From: Mycolicibacterium smegmatis
Lineage (GTDB): Bacteria > Actinomycetota > Actinomycetes > Mycobacteriales > Mycobacteriaceae
Direction of reading: 5' to 3'
DNA: 32,000 nucleotides
Assembly: GCF_001457595.1 (NCBI RefSeq)
Contig: NZ_LN831039.1
Location: 2,490,001-2,522,000 of the forward strand
Both the position numbers and the translations under genes were made by a program. Under the pieces are notes generated by a model that was not told the origin of the DNA, did not search any database, and saw nothing but the letters and a program-made list of their open reading frames with translations. Positions 7,762-16,870 of the stretch are shown one piece after another (the first letter of the stretch is position 1; every line of letters begins with the position of its first letter).

Positions 7762-7888
7762 GGCTGAGCGCTTTCGTGACGGGGCGAGCGTGCGCAGAAT
7801 GCTGCTGATCGACGGCGTGTCGCGGGGCAGCCACGCACGCTCGCGCAGTTGAGGAGGAGGGGAGCAGCAGCAGCAGTGGGGGTGGGGG

Positions 7889-9433
7889 TCATCGCGGGAG
7901 CCGCCTCGCGTCGAGTGCCCCGAAGAGGCCGTCGGCCTTGTTCCAGCCGTCGGCCAGACGCTCGGCCTGTTCGCGGCGCCCGGCGGCCAGCGCGTCGGAG
8001 ATCTCCCGCGTGGCGTGTGCGTGCAGGTGGGCCCGGTAGCGCGCGTACTCGGCGGCCGAATCCTTGCTCACCATGAACGGCCAGTCGCTGGAGACCGTCA
8101 GCAAGGTCTCGCGCAGGATCTGATCGGCGACGCGGTCGCGCGTGACGGGTGAGCCCACCGTGGCGTGCTGGGTCAGGGCCTTGTCGACGGTGGCCAGCGC
8201 GTTGTCGACGACCTCGCTGTTGAGCTGCACCAGATCGGCCACCTTCTGCCCCGACCACACCTGCCAGTCCTTGCCGGAACCCCATGAGCTGGGCGGCAAT
8301 TCGACGGGTGTGCCGACGAATCCGTCCGCGGCGGCATCCGCGAGCGTGCCGACGCGCACACCGGCCCGCGGCAGTGCCCGCAGCACGCGTTCGAGCCACA
8401 CCGGGCCCTCGTGCCACCAGTGGCCGAACAGTTCGGTGTCGAACGCCGCGACCACGTGCGCCGGGCGGCCGATGCGTTGGCTCTCGTCGAGCAGACGCCT
8501 GCGCACGACCTCGACGAAGTCGGCGACATGGACGTCGACGGCACGGTCGGCGCGCTCGGGTTCGTAGGGCGCCTTCTGCTCCGACGGCACGTTGCGCCCT
8601 GTCACACGGGCGGGTTTGAGGCCCGTGGTGTGGTCGTAGGTGTGGAAGTCGCGGTACGCGCCGTGGCCGGGATATCCCGACTTGGGCGACCACACGCGGT
8701 AGGACACCTGCAGATCGCGGCCGAACGCGATGACGTCGGACTCACCGACCGGGCGCCCGAGCGCGGTGTCGCCGTGCAGTGACGGGCCGTCGACCATGAA
8801 GTGCCCGACACCCGCTGCGCCGTAACCGGTTTCCATGCCGGGGGCATAGGCACACTCCGGCGCCCAGATCCCGGTGGGGGTGTGGGCGAACCGGTGCTGC
8901 GCGTCGGCCAGGCCCTCGCGCAACGCGAACTCGCGCAGGCGGGGATTGAGCAGCGGCTGGAACGGGTGCGACAACGGGCCGCCGAGCAGTTCGATGGTCT
9001 CGGCATCGATCAGTTCGCGCAGCAGCGGGCTCGCGCCGTGGCGCCAGTGCGTGGTGAAATCCTCCATGGCCTCCGCGGCCAGCGACAGTTCGTGGGATCC
9101 GAACTCGCGCAGACCTTTACGGTCGCGCAGCGTGGTGGCCTCCAGCGCGCGCAGCTGCCAGTTGGCCAGCCAGTGGTGCATGCCGGTCAGGCAGTAGGGA
9201 TCGTCGAGTTGCGCGGTGACCACCGGCGTCATGCCGAGGCTGATCAGATGGGAACGGCCCTCGGCGGCCAGCGTGCGCAGCACCCGCACCAGTGGCAGAT
9301 ACGCCGCGGCCCAGGACTGGTACAGCCATTCCTCGCCGACGGGCCAGCGGCCGTGGTGGGCCAGCCAGGGCAGGTGGGTGTGCAGGACGAGGGTGAAAAG
9401 TCCCGGTACCGGTTCTGCGCTCGCGTCCGTCAT
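7889..9433 (-). CDS. GH57-family glucan branching/hydrolase-like protein, Rv3031-like
   Basis: MTDASAEPVPGLFTLVLHTHLPWLAHHGRWPVGEEWLYQSW is a GH57-type N-terminus, in a 514-aa protein. ATG 9433-9431 overlaps the TGA of the upstream methyltransferase (ATGA). Confidence 0.85.
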   Translation of the reverse strand: MTDASAEPVPGLFTLVLHTHLPWLAHHGRWPVGEEWLYQSWAAAYLPLVRVLRTLAAEGRSHLISLGMTPVVTAQLDDPYCLTGMHHWLANWQLRALEATTLRDRKGLREFGSHELSLAAEAMEDFTTHWRHGASPLLRELIDAETIELLGGPLSHPFQPLLNPRLREFALREGLADAQHRFAHTPTGIWAPECAYAPGMETGYGAAGVGHFMVDGPSLHGDTALGRPVGESDVIAFGRDLQVSYRVWSPKSGYPGHGAYRDFHTYDHTTGLKPARVTGRNVPSEQKAPYEPERADRAVDVHVADFVEVVRRRLLDESQRIGRPAHVVAAFDTELFGHWWHEGPVWLERVLRALPRAGVRVGTLADAAADGFVGTPVELPPSSWGSGKDWQVWSGQKVADLVQLNSEVVDNALATVDKALTQHATVGSPVTRDRVADQILRETLLTVSSDWPFMVSKDSAAEYARYRAHLHAHATREISDALAAGRREQAERLADGWNKADGLFGALDARRLPR

Positions 9434-10215
9434 GGCCGCACTGCTATCGCCACGAGGTCCAGGCTGTCATCAATGTCGCGCTCGGCGGCCGGGGTGAGGT
9501 CGAAGTCGTCGGTACGCACGGCCGCGACATCGGCGAGCAGTTGCTCGTCCCACGGGGCGTCGGCCACCGCGCGCTGCACCTGCGCCTCGATGATCGATCC
9601 GCCGTGGCGCGCGTCGAGTTCGGCCAGTCCGGCGCCGTGGAACACGCCGAGGGTGTCCTCGACCTCGAAGCCTGCCGTTTCGAGCAGCTCGGTGAGTTCG
9701 GCGGCGTTGAGTTCGCGCGTGTGGAACGGGTTGAGCGGGGTGTCGCGACCGGGGGAGAACGTGATCCGGTTGGGCGTCGACACCAGGAACACCCCGCCGG
9801 GACGCAGCACGCGGAAGCATTCCGAGACGAATTGCGCCTGATCCCACAGGTGTTCGATCACCTGGAAGTTGACCACGACGTCGACCGAGGCGTCCGGCAG
9901 CGGCAACTCCGCGAGGTTGCCGTGACGGATGTCGACGCGCGGGTACCGGGCCCGCACATGGGCCACCGTCGCCTCGTCGTAGTCCAGGCCGATGACACGG
10001 CGGGCCACGTCGGCGATCAGGTCGGCGCCGTAACCCTCGCCGCAGCCGGCCTCCAGGACGTCGCGCCCGGCGCAGCGGTGGGCCAGTCGCTGGTAGACGA
10101 CCTCGTGGCGGCGGAACCAGTAGTTCTCCTCCGCCAGGCCCGGGATGGTCCGCTCGCCGGTGAGGGGTAAAGCCGAAGGAAGGGCGTTATCCGGATCGCC
10201 CACGATTGCGCTCAT
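9430..10215 (-). CDS. Class I SAM-dependent methyltransferase, Rv3030-like
   Basis: SAM motif I is DVLEAGCGEGYGADLIA, and the C-terminal half is conserved. It is the first gene of the methyltransferase-GH57-GT4 unit. ATG at 10215-10213. Confidence 0.85.
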   Translation of the reverse strand: MSAIVGDPDNALPSALPLTGERTIPGLAEENYWFRRHEVVYQRLAHRCAGRDVLEAGCGEGYGADLIADVARRVIGLDYDEATVAHVRARYPRVDIRHGNLAELPLPDASVDVVVNFQVIEHLWDQAQFVSECFRVLRPGGVFLVSTPNRITFSPGRDTPLNPFHTRELNAAELTELLETAGFEVEDTLGVFHGAGLAELDARHGGSIIEAQVQRAVADAPWDEQLLADVAAVRTDDFDLTPAAERDIDDSLDLVAIAVRP

Positions 10216-10431
10216 TGGAAGGCAGGCTAACCCAGCCGGGGCGATGGTGGATCGTTCGCCGACAGTTACCGCAGGCGGCGGTGTGGTAGGGGAGGTCGCC
10301 AGTGAACTTCGACCGGCTATGGTGTTCGTGCGAACCGCCTCAAGTTACCGGCGGGTAACATGGTGTAGGTTGCTCAGAACGTGATATGGCAGGCCGGTCC
10401 CCGGCCTCATCGAGGAGGACGAACCAGAGTC

Positions 10432-11223
10432 ATGACGAACATCGTGGTCCTGATCAAACAGGTCCCAGACACATGGTCCGAGCGCAAGCTCTCTGACGGC
10501 GATTTCACCCTCGACCGTGAGGCTGCGGACGCCGTGCTGGACGAGATCAACGAGCGTGCCGTCGAAGAGGCACTGCTCATCAAGGAGCGTGAGGGCGGCG
10601 ACAGCACTGTCACCGTGCTGACCGCAGGCCCGGAGCGCGCCACCGAGGCGATCCGCAAGGCCCTGTCCATGGGTGCGGACAAGGCTGTGCACGTCAAGGA
10701 CGACGGCCTGCACGGTTCCGACCTCATCCAGACGGCGTGGACGCTGGCCCGTGCGCTCGGCACCATCGAGGGCACCGAGCTGGTCATCGCAGGCAACGAG
10801 GCCACCGACGGCGTCGGCGGCGCGGTTCCCGCGGTCATCGCCGAGTACCTGGGCCTGCCCCAGCTCACCCACGTGCGCAAGCTGAACGTGGAGAACGGCA
10901 AGGTCACCGCCGAGCGGGAGACCGACGAGGGCGTGTTCACCCTCGAGGCGTCGCTGCCTGCCGTGGTCAGCGTCAACGAGAAGATCAACGAACCGCGATT
11001 CCCCTCCTTCAAGGGCATCATGGCCGCGAAGAAGAAGGAAGTCACCGTGCTCTCGCTCGCCGAGATCGGTGTCGAGCCTGACGAGGTCGGCGTCGCCAAC
11101 GCGGGCTCCAAGGTGCTCGCGTCGACCCCCAAGCCGCCGAAGACGGCAGGCGAGAAGGTCACCGACGAAGGCGACGGCGGAACCAAGATCGCCGAGTACC
11201 TGGTTGCCCAGAAGCTCATCTAG
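10432..11223 (+). CDS. etfB: Electron transfer flavoprotein beta subunit
   Basis: MTNIVVLIKQVPDTWSERKL...; an RBS GAGGAGGA lies at 10412-10419. The GTG at 10381 in the ORF track was rejected. TAG at 11221-11223. Confidence 0.92.
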   Translation: MTNIVVLIKQVPDTWSERKLSDGDFTLDREAADAVLDEINERAVEEALLIKEREGGDSTVTVLTAGPERATEAIRKALSMGADKAVHVKDDGLHGSDLIQTAWTLARALGTIEGTELVIAGNEATDGVGGAVPAVIAEYLGLPQLTHVRKLNVENGKVTAERETDEGVFTLEASLPAVVSVNEKINEPRFPSFKGIMAAKKKEVTVLSLAEIGVEPDEVGVANAGSKVLASTPKPPKTAGEKVTDEGDGGTKIAEYLVAQKLI

Positions 11224-11290
11224 AGCCACCCGGCAGCGCAATCCGCATCCCGATCGATTCCCCAAGACGCGAAAGACATAGCGAGAACCC

Positions 11291-12247
11291 ATGGCTGAAG
11301 TACTTGTGCTCGTCGAGCACGCCGATGGTGCGCTGAAGAAAGTCAGCGCCGAACTTTTGACCGCCGCCCGTGCACTGGGTGAGCCCTCCGCCGTCGTGGT
11401 GGGCAAGCCCGGCACGGCCGCAGGTCTCACCGACGGCCTCAAGGCCGCCGGTGCCGCCAAGATCTACGTCGCCGAGTCCGACGACGTGGAGAACTACCTG
11501 CTCACCCCGTACGTCGACGTGCTGGCCGCACTCGCCGAGTCGGCCGCCCCGGCCGGTGTGATCATCGCCGCCAACGCCGACGGCAAGGAGATCGCGGGCC
11601 GGTTGGCCGCGCGTATCGGCTCCGGCCTGCTGGTCGACGTCATCGAGGTCAAGGAAGGCGGCGTGGGTGTGCACAGCATCTTCGGTGGTGCCTTCACCGT
11701 CGATGCGCAGGTCACCAGCGAGACCCCGGTCATCACGGTCCGTCCGGGCTCGGTCGAGGCCGTCCCGGCCGACGGTGCGGGCGAGGTCGTCAACGTGGAG
11801 GTCCCGGCGCAGGCCGAGAACGCCACCCGGATCACCAAGCGCGAGCCCGCCGTCGCCGGTGACCGTCCGGAGCTCACCGAGGCCTCGGTCGTGGTCGCCG
11901 GTGGCCGCGGTGTCGGCAGCGCCGAGAACTTCAAGATCGTCGAGGAACTCGCCGACTCGCTCGGCGGCGCCGTCGGCGCCTCGCGCGCCGCGGTCGACTC
12001 GGGCTACTACCCGGGCCAGTTCCAGGTCGGCCAGACCGGCAAGACCGTCTCCCCGCAGCTGTACATCGCGCTGGGCATCTCCGGCGCGATCCAGCACCGC
12101 GCCGGTATGCAGACCTCGAAGACGATCGTCGCGGTGAACAAGGACGAAGAGGCCCCGATCTTCGAGATCGCCGACCTCGGCATCGTGGGCGACCTGTTCA
12201 AGGTCAGCCCGCAGCTCACCGAGGCCGTCAAGGCTCGCAAGGGCTGA
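11291..12247 (+). CDS. etfA: Electron transfer flavoprotein alpha subunit
   Basis: [23 protein letters not shown]...; the C-terminal FAD signature is [37 protein letters not shown]. Confidence 0.92.
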   Translation: MAEVLVLVEHADGALKKVSAELLTAARALGEPSAVVVGKPGTAAGLTDGLKAAGAAKIYVAESDDVENYLLTPYVDVLAALAESAAPAGVIIAANADGKEIAGRLAARIGSGLLVDVIEVKEGGVGVHSIFGGAFTVDAQVTSETPVITVRPGSVEAVPADGAGEVVNVEVPAQAENATRITKREPAVAGDRPELTEASVVVAGGRGVGSAENFKIVEELADSLGGAVGASRAAVDSGYYPGQFQVGQTGKTVSPQLYIALGISGAIQHRAGMQTSKTIVAVNKDEEAPIFEIADLGIVGDLFKVSPQLTEAVKARKG

Positions 12248-12264
12248 TCACCTCATCACGCGGA

Positions 12265-12302
12265 CCCCGGCGCACCTGGTGCGCCGGGGTTCTGTGTTTT
12301 TT
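12265..12302 (+). terminator. Rho-independent terminator of etfBA
   Basis: A perfect 11-bp stem, CCCCGGCGCAC (12265-12275) / GTGCGCCGGGG (12279-12289), with a 3-nt loop. It is followed by TTCTGTGTTTTTT and begins 18 nt after the etfA stop. Confidence 0.75.
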
Positions 12303-12411
12303 GCCGGACCCCTTCGATTTCAAGGACCACGAACTTTCCGGGGTTCCCGCGCGGCCCGGCGGTGCCAGTGTGGACACAGGTCACAACACTGCCGAGGAGG
12401 TAGACGGAGCC

Positions 12412-13155
12412 ATGAAGATCACAGTTTTCGGTGCCACGGGCCTGATCGGGTCGAAGGTCGTCGCAGCGCTCAACGAGGCGGGCCACGACGTCGTCGCCGC
12501 GTCCCGCGACACGGGTGCCGATGTCCTCACCGGTGAGGGGCTCGCCGACGCGCTCACAGGAGCCGAGGTGCTGGTCGACGTCGTCAACTCACCGTCGTTC
12601 GCCGACGACGACGTCATGAACTTCTTCACCACCTCGACCCGCAACCTGACCGAGGCGGCCACCAAGACCGGCACCGGCCACTACGTCGCGCTGTCCATCG
12701 TCGGATGTGACGCGCTGCCCGACAGCGGCTACATGCGCGCCAAGGTGGCCCAGGAGAAGGCGATCGCCGCCTCCGGCATCGACCACACGATCGTGCGCGC
12801 CACCCAGTTCCACGAGTTCGCCGAGTCCATCACGCAGACGCTGGTCGCCGGCGACGAGGTGCGGGTTCCCGACGGGCGCATCCAGCTGATCGCCTCCGAT
12901 GAGGTGGCCGCCGAGGTGGCGCGCGCCGCGCAGGCCGCCGCCGTCAACGGCATCGTGAACATCGGTGGGCCGGAGAAGCTTTCATTCGCCGACATGGCCA
13001 AGGCCGTGCTGGCCAAGCACGGCGACGACAAACCCGTCGTGGTGGACGCTCAGGCCACCTACTTCGGCACCGCGGTCGACGACGACAGCCTGGTCACGGG
13101 CGACGACGGCAAGCTCGCGACCATTCGCTTCGCCGACTGGCTCGCGGGGCGCTGA
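12412..13155 (+). CDS. NAD(P)H-binding NmrA-like/atypical SDR protein
   Basis: MKITVFGATGLIGSKVVAALNEAGHDVVAASR is a GxxGxxG Rossmann fold. RBS GAGGAGG at 12394-12400. The ORF-track upstream extension from 12301 was rejected. Confidence 0.8.
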   Translation: MKITVFGATGLIGSKVVAALNEAGHDVVAASRDTGADVLTGEGLADALTGAEVLVDVVNSPSFADDDVMNFFTTSTRNLTEAATKTGTGHYVALSIVGCDALPDSGYMRAKVAQEKAIAASGIDHTIVRATQFHEFAESITQTLVAGDEVRVPDGRIQLIASDEVAAEVARAAQAAAVNGIVNIGGPEKLSFADMAKAVLAKHGDDKPVVVDAQATYFGTAVDDDSLVTGDDGKLATIRFADWLAGR

Positions 13156-13156
13156 C

Positions 13157-13816
13157 ATGGAACTCGCCGAGGCGGTCCGAGCCCGGCGGTCCACCCGGAA
13201 GTTCCTGCCGGACAAGCCCGTGCCGCACGAGCTGATCGAGGAGGCGCTCACGCTGGCGATGCGGGCGCCGTCGAACTCGAACGTGCAGCCGTGGCGGGTC
13301 TACTTCGCCAGTGGTGAACGCCGCGAACGCCTGGTCGCGGCGCTCACCGCCGAGGTGCGGGCCCGGCGGCCCACGTCGCTTGGCCTGCCCGACGCATTCC
13401 AGCATCTGCGCTCCCAGCTGGGCGCACTGGTGTACGGGTCGATGGGGATCGCCCGTGCCGACACCGAGGCGCGGTGGGCCGCGCAGCTGCGCAACTGGGA
13501 GTTCTTCGGCGCACCGTTGGCCGGTGTGGTGTGCATGCACCGCGACCTCGGCCTGGTCGACAGCGTCGGGGTGGGCATGTTCCTGCAGACGTTCCTGCAG
13601 ACGTTCCTGCTGGCGCTCACCGAGCGGGGCATCGGCAGTTGCGTGCAGGTGTCGGTCGCGATGTGCGCCGATGTGCTGCGGGCCGAACTCGACATCCCCG
13701 ACGAGCTGACGGTGCTGTGCGGAATGTCGATCGGCTACCCCGATCCGGCCTTCCCGGCGAACCATCTGGACATCCCGCGCAACCCCGTCGAGCAAAACGT
13801 CACGTTCTACAGCTGA
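13157..13816 (+). CDS. Nitroreductase-family (FMN) protein
   Basis: MELAEAVRARRSTRKFLPDKPVPHELIEEALTLAMRAPSNSNVQPWRV is the classic nitroreductase N-terminus. The ATG lies 1 nt after the SDR TGA (TGAcATG). Confidence 0.85.
   Translation: MELAEAVRARRSTRKFLPDKPVPHELIEEALTLAMRAPSNSNVQPWRVYFASGERRERLVAALTAEVRARRPTSLGLPDAFQHLRSQLGALVYGSMGIARADTEARWAAQLRNWEFFGAPLAGVVCMHRDLGLVDSVGVGMFLQTFLQTFLLALTERGIGSCVQVSVAMCADVLRAELDIPDELTVLCGMSIGYPDPAFPANHLDIPRNPVEQNVTFYS
13580..13610 (+). repeat. In-frame 12-bp tandem duplication inside the nitroreductase gene
   Basis: TTCCTGCAGACG at 13580-13591 is repeated exactly at 13592-13603, followed by a partial TTCCTGC. It encodes FLQT-FLQT-FLL. Confidence 0.9.
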
Positions 13817-13938
13817 CGCGCCGAAGTGACGAATTTCACACTGCACGTGGGGTGAGTGGAGACGCCCGCCGAGTCGTCACCAACCGCTCACGGACACGTC
13901 ACGTACGCGATGCCGTCCCGAGAACCGGCTGAGCGAGC

Positions 13939-14787
13939 GTGCTTGTCATGAGCATGAGAGCGGCATCTGTCCTCATCGCGGCCGACGAGGCCACCACACG
14001 TCCCGACCGCGGGGCAAAGCGCTACACGCTTCTGCTGACCACCGACCCCGACCTCATCGACGCCGCGCAGCGGTTGCGTCACGACGTGTTCACGTCCGAG
14101 CCGGGCTACGCGTTGGCCGGGTCCGCCGACGGCCGAGACGCGGACCACTTCGACGAATACTGCGACCACCTCCTGGTTCGCGACGAGCGCAGCGGCGAAC
14201 TTGTGGGCTGCTACCGCATGCTGCCGCCGCCGGGCGCGATCGCCGCGGGCGGGCTGTACACGGCGACCGAATTCGACGTCACCGCACTGGATGTCCTGCG
14301 CCCCTCGCTGGTGGAGATGGGCCGCGCCGTGGTGCGGCAGGACCACCGCAACGGCGCGGTGGTGCTGCTGATGTGGGCGGGCATCCTCGCCTACCTCGAC
14401 TACGCGGGCTACGACCACGTGACGGGTTGCGTCTCGGTGCCGGTGGCCGGTGCGGCTGGCGAGGCACCTGGCGCCCAGATCCGCGGCGTCCGCGACTTCG
14501 TGCGGCGCCGCCATGCCGCGCCGTACACCGTCCACCCGTACCGGCCCGTGGTGCTCGACGGCAGGACCCTCGATGACATCGCCCCGCCGGAGCGCGTCAC
14601 CGTGCCCGCGCTGATGCGCGGCTACCTGCGCCTCGGCGCCCAGGTGTGCGGCGAGCCCGCCCACGATCCGGTGTTCGGCGTCGGCGACTTTCCCGCGCTG
14701 CTCGACAAGCGGCGGGCCGACGTCCGTTACCTGCGACGCCTGCGCTCGGCCTCCGCTGCCGCCCACATGACGGGCGGGGCGGCATGA
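13939..14787 (+). CDS. GNAT-family N-acyltransferase, OlsB-like (Rv3027c-like)
   Basis: AQRLRHDVFTSEPGY...LVGCYRMLPP...YTATEFDV...LVEMGRAVV resembles Acetyltransf_5/OlsB-type amino-acid N-acyltransferases. The start is uncertain: GTG 13939, ATG 13948 or ATG 13954. The TGA overlaps the next ATG. Confidence 0.72.
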   Translation: MLVMSMRAASVLIAADEATTRPDRGAKRYTLLLTTDPDLIDAAQRLRHDVFTSEPGYALAGSADGRDADHFDEYCDHLLVRDERSGELVGCYRMLPPPGAIAAGGLYTATEFDVTALDVLRPSLVEMGRAVVRQDHRNGAVVLLMWAGILAYLDYAGYDHVTGCVSVPVAGAAGEAPGAQIRGVRDFVRRRHAAPYTVHPYRPVVLDGRTLDDIAPPERVTVPALMRGYLRLGAQVCGEPAHDPVFGVGDFPALLDKRRADVRYLRRLRSASAAAHMTGGAA

Positions 14788-15614
14788 CCACGCGCGAGCA
14801 CCCCTGGCTGCCCAAGGCGTCGTGCGACGCCGGCTGCGTGCACAGCGTCGAGCAGGGACGGCGCGTGATCGTCTGGCTGCGCACCGCGGCGCGCCTGTCG
14901 GCGGCCCTGGTGCTGCTGCCCGGCATGCCGCTGCTCGCGGTTCCGCTGCCGGGCCGCTCACACGTGCAGCGCATCTACTGCCGGCTGCTGCTGCGTTGCC
15001 TTGGAGTGCGGATTCGCTTGTCAGGCGGGCCGATTCGCAATCTGCAGGGCGTCCTGGTGGTCAGCGGACACGTGTCGTGGCTCGACATCTTCGCCATCGG
15101 CTCGGTGTTGCCGGGCTCGTTCGTGGCCCGCGCCGACCTCGTCGAATGGACCGCGCTGGGGCGAGTGGCCCGTCTCATGAAGGTCATCCCCATCGACCGC
15201 GCGAGCCTGCGCAGGCTGCCCGCGGTGGTCGCCACGGTGGCCGACCGTCTGCGCGCCGGGCGCACCGTGGTGGCCTTCCCGGAGGGCACCACGTGGTGCG
15301 GGCTCGCACACGGGCCGTTCCGTCCCGCGATGTTCCAGGCGGCCGTCGACGCGGCCCGCCCGGTGCAGCCGCTGCGGCTGACCTACCGGCACCGCGACGG
15401 CCGCCCGTCGACCACGCCCGCGTTCGTCGGGCAGGACACGCTGCTGCGGTCGGTGTGCCGCGTCGTCACCGCACGTCGCACGGTGTGCCACGTGCACGCC
15501 GGCGCGCTGCAACTGCCCGGTGACGACCGGCGCGCGCTCGCGGCGCGCTGCGAGGCCGAGGTGCGCGGCGAGCACGAGCGGCGCGATGCGCGCACGCACG
15601 CCATCGCGGCCTGA
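14784..15614 (+). CDS. Lysophospholipid/1-acylglycerol-3-phosphate acyltransferase family protein (PlsC/OlsA-like, Rv3026c-like)
   Basis: The HX4D motif is SGHVSWLD and the second motif is FPEGTT. It has an ATGA overlap with the GNAT gene at 14784-14787. Confidence 0.8.
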   Translation: MTTREHPWLPKASCDAGCVHSVEQGRRVIVWLRTAARLSAALVLLPGMPLLAVPLPGRSHVQRIYCRLLLRCLGVRIRLSGGPIRNLQGVLVVSGHVSWLDIFAIGSVLPGSFVARADLVEWTALGRVARLMKVIPIDRASLRRLPAVVATVADRLRAGRTVVAFPEGTTWCGLAHGPFRPAMFQAAVDAARPVQPLRLTYRHRDGRPSTTPAFVGQDTLLRSVCRVVTARRTVCHVHAGALQLPGDDRRALAARCEAEVRGEHERRDARTHAIAA

Positions 15615-15661
15615 CCGGCCGATCCGTCAGGCCCGCGAACTGCGGCTATCCTGGTGTGGTT

Positions 15662-16870
15662 ATGACCTCCACTGCGGGCAGGCAGGTCTACCTTGATCAC
15701 GCCGCCACCACACCGATGCATCCAGCCGCCATCGAGGCGATGACGGCTGTGCTGGCCGGCGTCGGAAACGCCTCGTCACTGCACGGTTCGGGACGCGCGG
15801 CCCGCCGCCGCATGGAAGAGGCCCGTGAGGCCCTCGCCCGGCTGCTGGGCGCGCGACCGTCCGAGATCATCTTCACCACGGGCGGTACCGAGAGCGACAA
15901 CCTCGCCGTCAAGGGCATCTACTGGGCCCGTCACGACGCCGATCCGGCGCGCAGGCGCATCATCACCACCGCCGTCGAACACCACGCGGTGCTCGACGCG
16001 GTCGAGTGGCTCGTCGCGCACGAGGGCGCCGAGGTCACCTGGCTGCCCGTGGACCGCGACGGTGCGGTGAGCCCGGCCGCGCTACGGGAGGCCCTGCAGG
16101 CGGGGGCCGACGACGTCGCGCTCGTGAGCGTCATGTGGGCCAACAACGAGGTCGGAACGATCATGCCGATCGCCGAGCTCGCGGCCGTCGCCGCGGAGTT
16201 CGGGGTGCCGATGCACAGCGACGCCGTGCAGGCCGTCGGGCAGATCCCGGTAAATTTCGGGGCCAGTGGACTGGCCGCGATGAGCGTCACGGCGCACAAG
16301 TTCGGCGGGCCGACCGGTGTCGGCGCGCTGCTGCTGCGCCGCGACACAGCGTGCGTGCCGTTGCTGCACGGCGGCGGTCAGGAACGCGATGTGCGTTCCG
16401 GCACACCGGATGTGGCCGGTGTGGTGGCCATGGCGACCGCGGCAGGTGTGGCGATCGAGAACCTGGCCGACAACAGCGCCCGGGTGCGTGCGCTGCGTGA
16501 CCGGCTGATCGACGGCGTGCTGTCGGCCATCGAGGACGCGCAGCTCAACGGAGCCCGCGGCGACGCCAGGCTGCCCGGCAACGCCCACTTCACCTTCCAC
16601 GGCTGCGAAGGGGATTCGCTGCTGATGCTGCTCGATGCCAAGGGTGTCGAATGCTCGACGGGCTCGGCGTGCACCGCCGGTGTGGCGCAGGCGTCGCACG
16701 TGCTGATCGCCATGGGTGCCGATGCCGTCAAGGCGCGGGGCTCGTTGCGACTGTCGCTGGGACACACCAGCACCGAGGCCGACGTGGACACCGCGCTCGA
16801 AGTCCTGCCCGCCGCGGTCGAGCGGGCCAGGCAGGCCGCGCTCGCGAGTGCGGGGACGGTGAGCCGATGA
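15662..16870 (+). CDS. iscS: Cysteine desulfurase
   Basis: [19 protein letters not shown]; the PLP lysine lies in [17 protein letters not shown] and the catalytic Cys in [13 protein letters not shown] at 15662, with an alternative GTG at 15656. Confidence 0.9.
   Translation: MTSTAGRQVYLDHAATTPMHPAAIEAMTAVLAGVGNASSLHGSGRAARRRMEEAREALARLLGARPSEIIFTTGGTESDNLAVKGIYWARHDADPARRRIITTAVEHHAVLDAVEWLVAHEGAEVTWLPVDRDGAVSPAALREALQAGADDVALVSVMWANNEVGTIMPIAELAAVAAEFGVPMHSDAVQAVGQIPVNFGASGLAAMSVTAHKFGGPTGVGALLLRRDTACVPLLHGGGQERDVRSGTPDVAGVVAMATAAGVAIENLADNSARVRALRDRLIDGVLSAIEDAQLNGARGDARLPGNAHFTFHGCEGDSLLMLLDAKGVECSTGSACTAGVAQASHVLIAMGADAVKARGSLRLSLGHTSTEADVDTALEVLPAAVERARQAALASAGTVSR

Noticed and set aside
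6064-7767. 567-aa plus-strand ORF spanning the crtI 5' end, the intergenic region and the whole GT4 gene
   Set aside because: It is antisense to two genes with clear conserved motifs. Its translation is Arg/Gly/Ala/His-rich low-complexity sequence with no recognisable domain. This is the typical stop-codon-poor antisense frame of GC-rich DNA.
7851-7888. Possible G-quadruplex on the plus strand
   Set aside because: Only three runs of three or more G are present (GGGG, GGGGG, GGGGG). A canonical four-run G4 motif is not satisfied, so it is reported only as a low-complexity tract.
10345-12097. 371-, 270- and 293-aa minus-strand ORFs opposite etfB/etfA
   Set aside because: They are antisense shadows of the ETF genes. 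The etfB/etfA assignments are supported by signatures, an RBS and a terminator.
12290-12411. Second SigF-type or other recognisable promoter upstream of the SDR/nitroreductase pair, and likewise upstream of the GNAT gene at 13817-13938
   Set aside because: I looked for GTTT-N15-17-GGGTA and found none. The nearest candidate, ATTT-N13-GGGTGA at about 13835-13860, has the wrong spacing and wrong bases. No promoter could be supported.
15609-15632. Hairpin GCCTGAC-N10-GTCAGGC over the acyltransferase stop codon, considered as a terminator before iscS
   Set aside because: It has only a 7-bp stem with a 10-nt loop and no U-tract, and the spacer to iscS is 47 nt. The evidence is insufficient.
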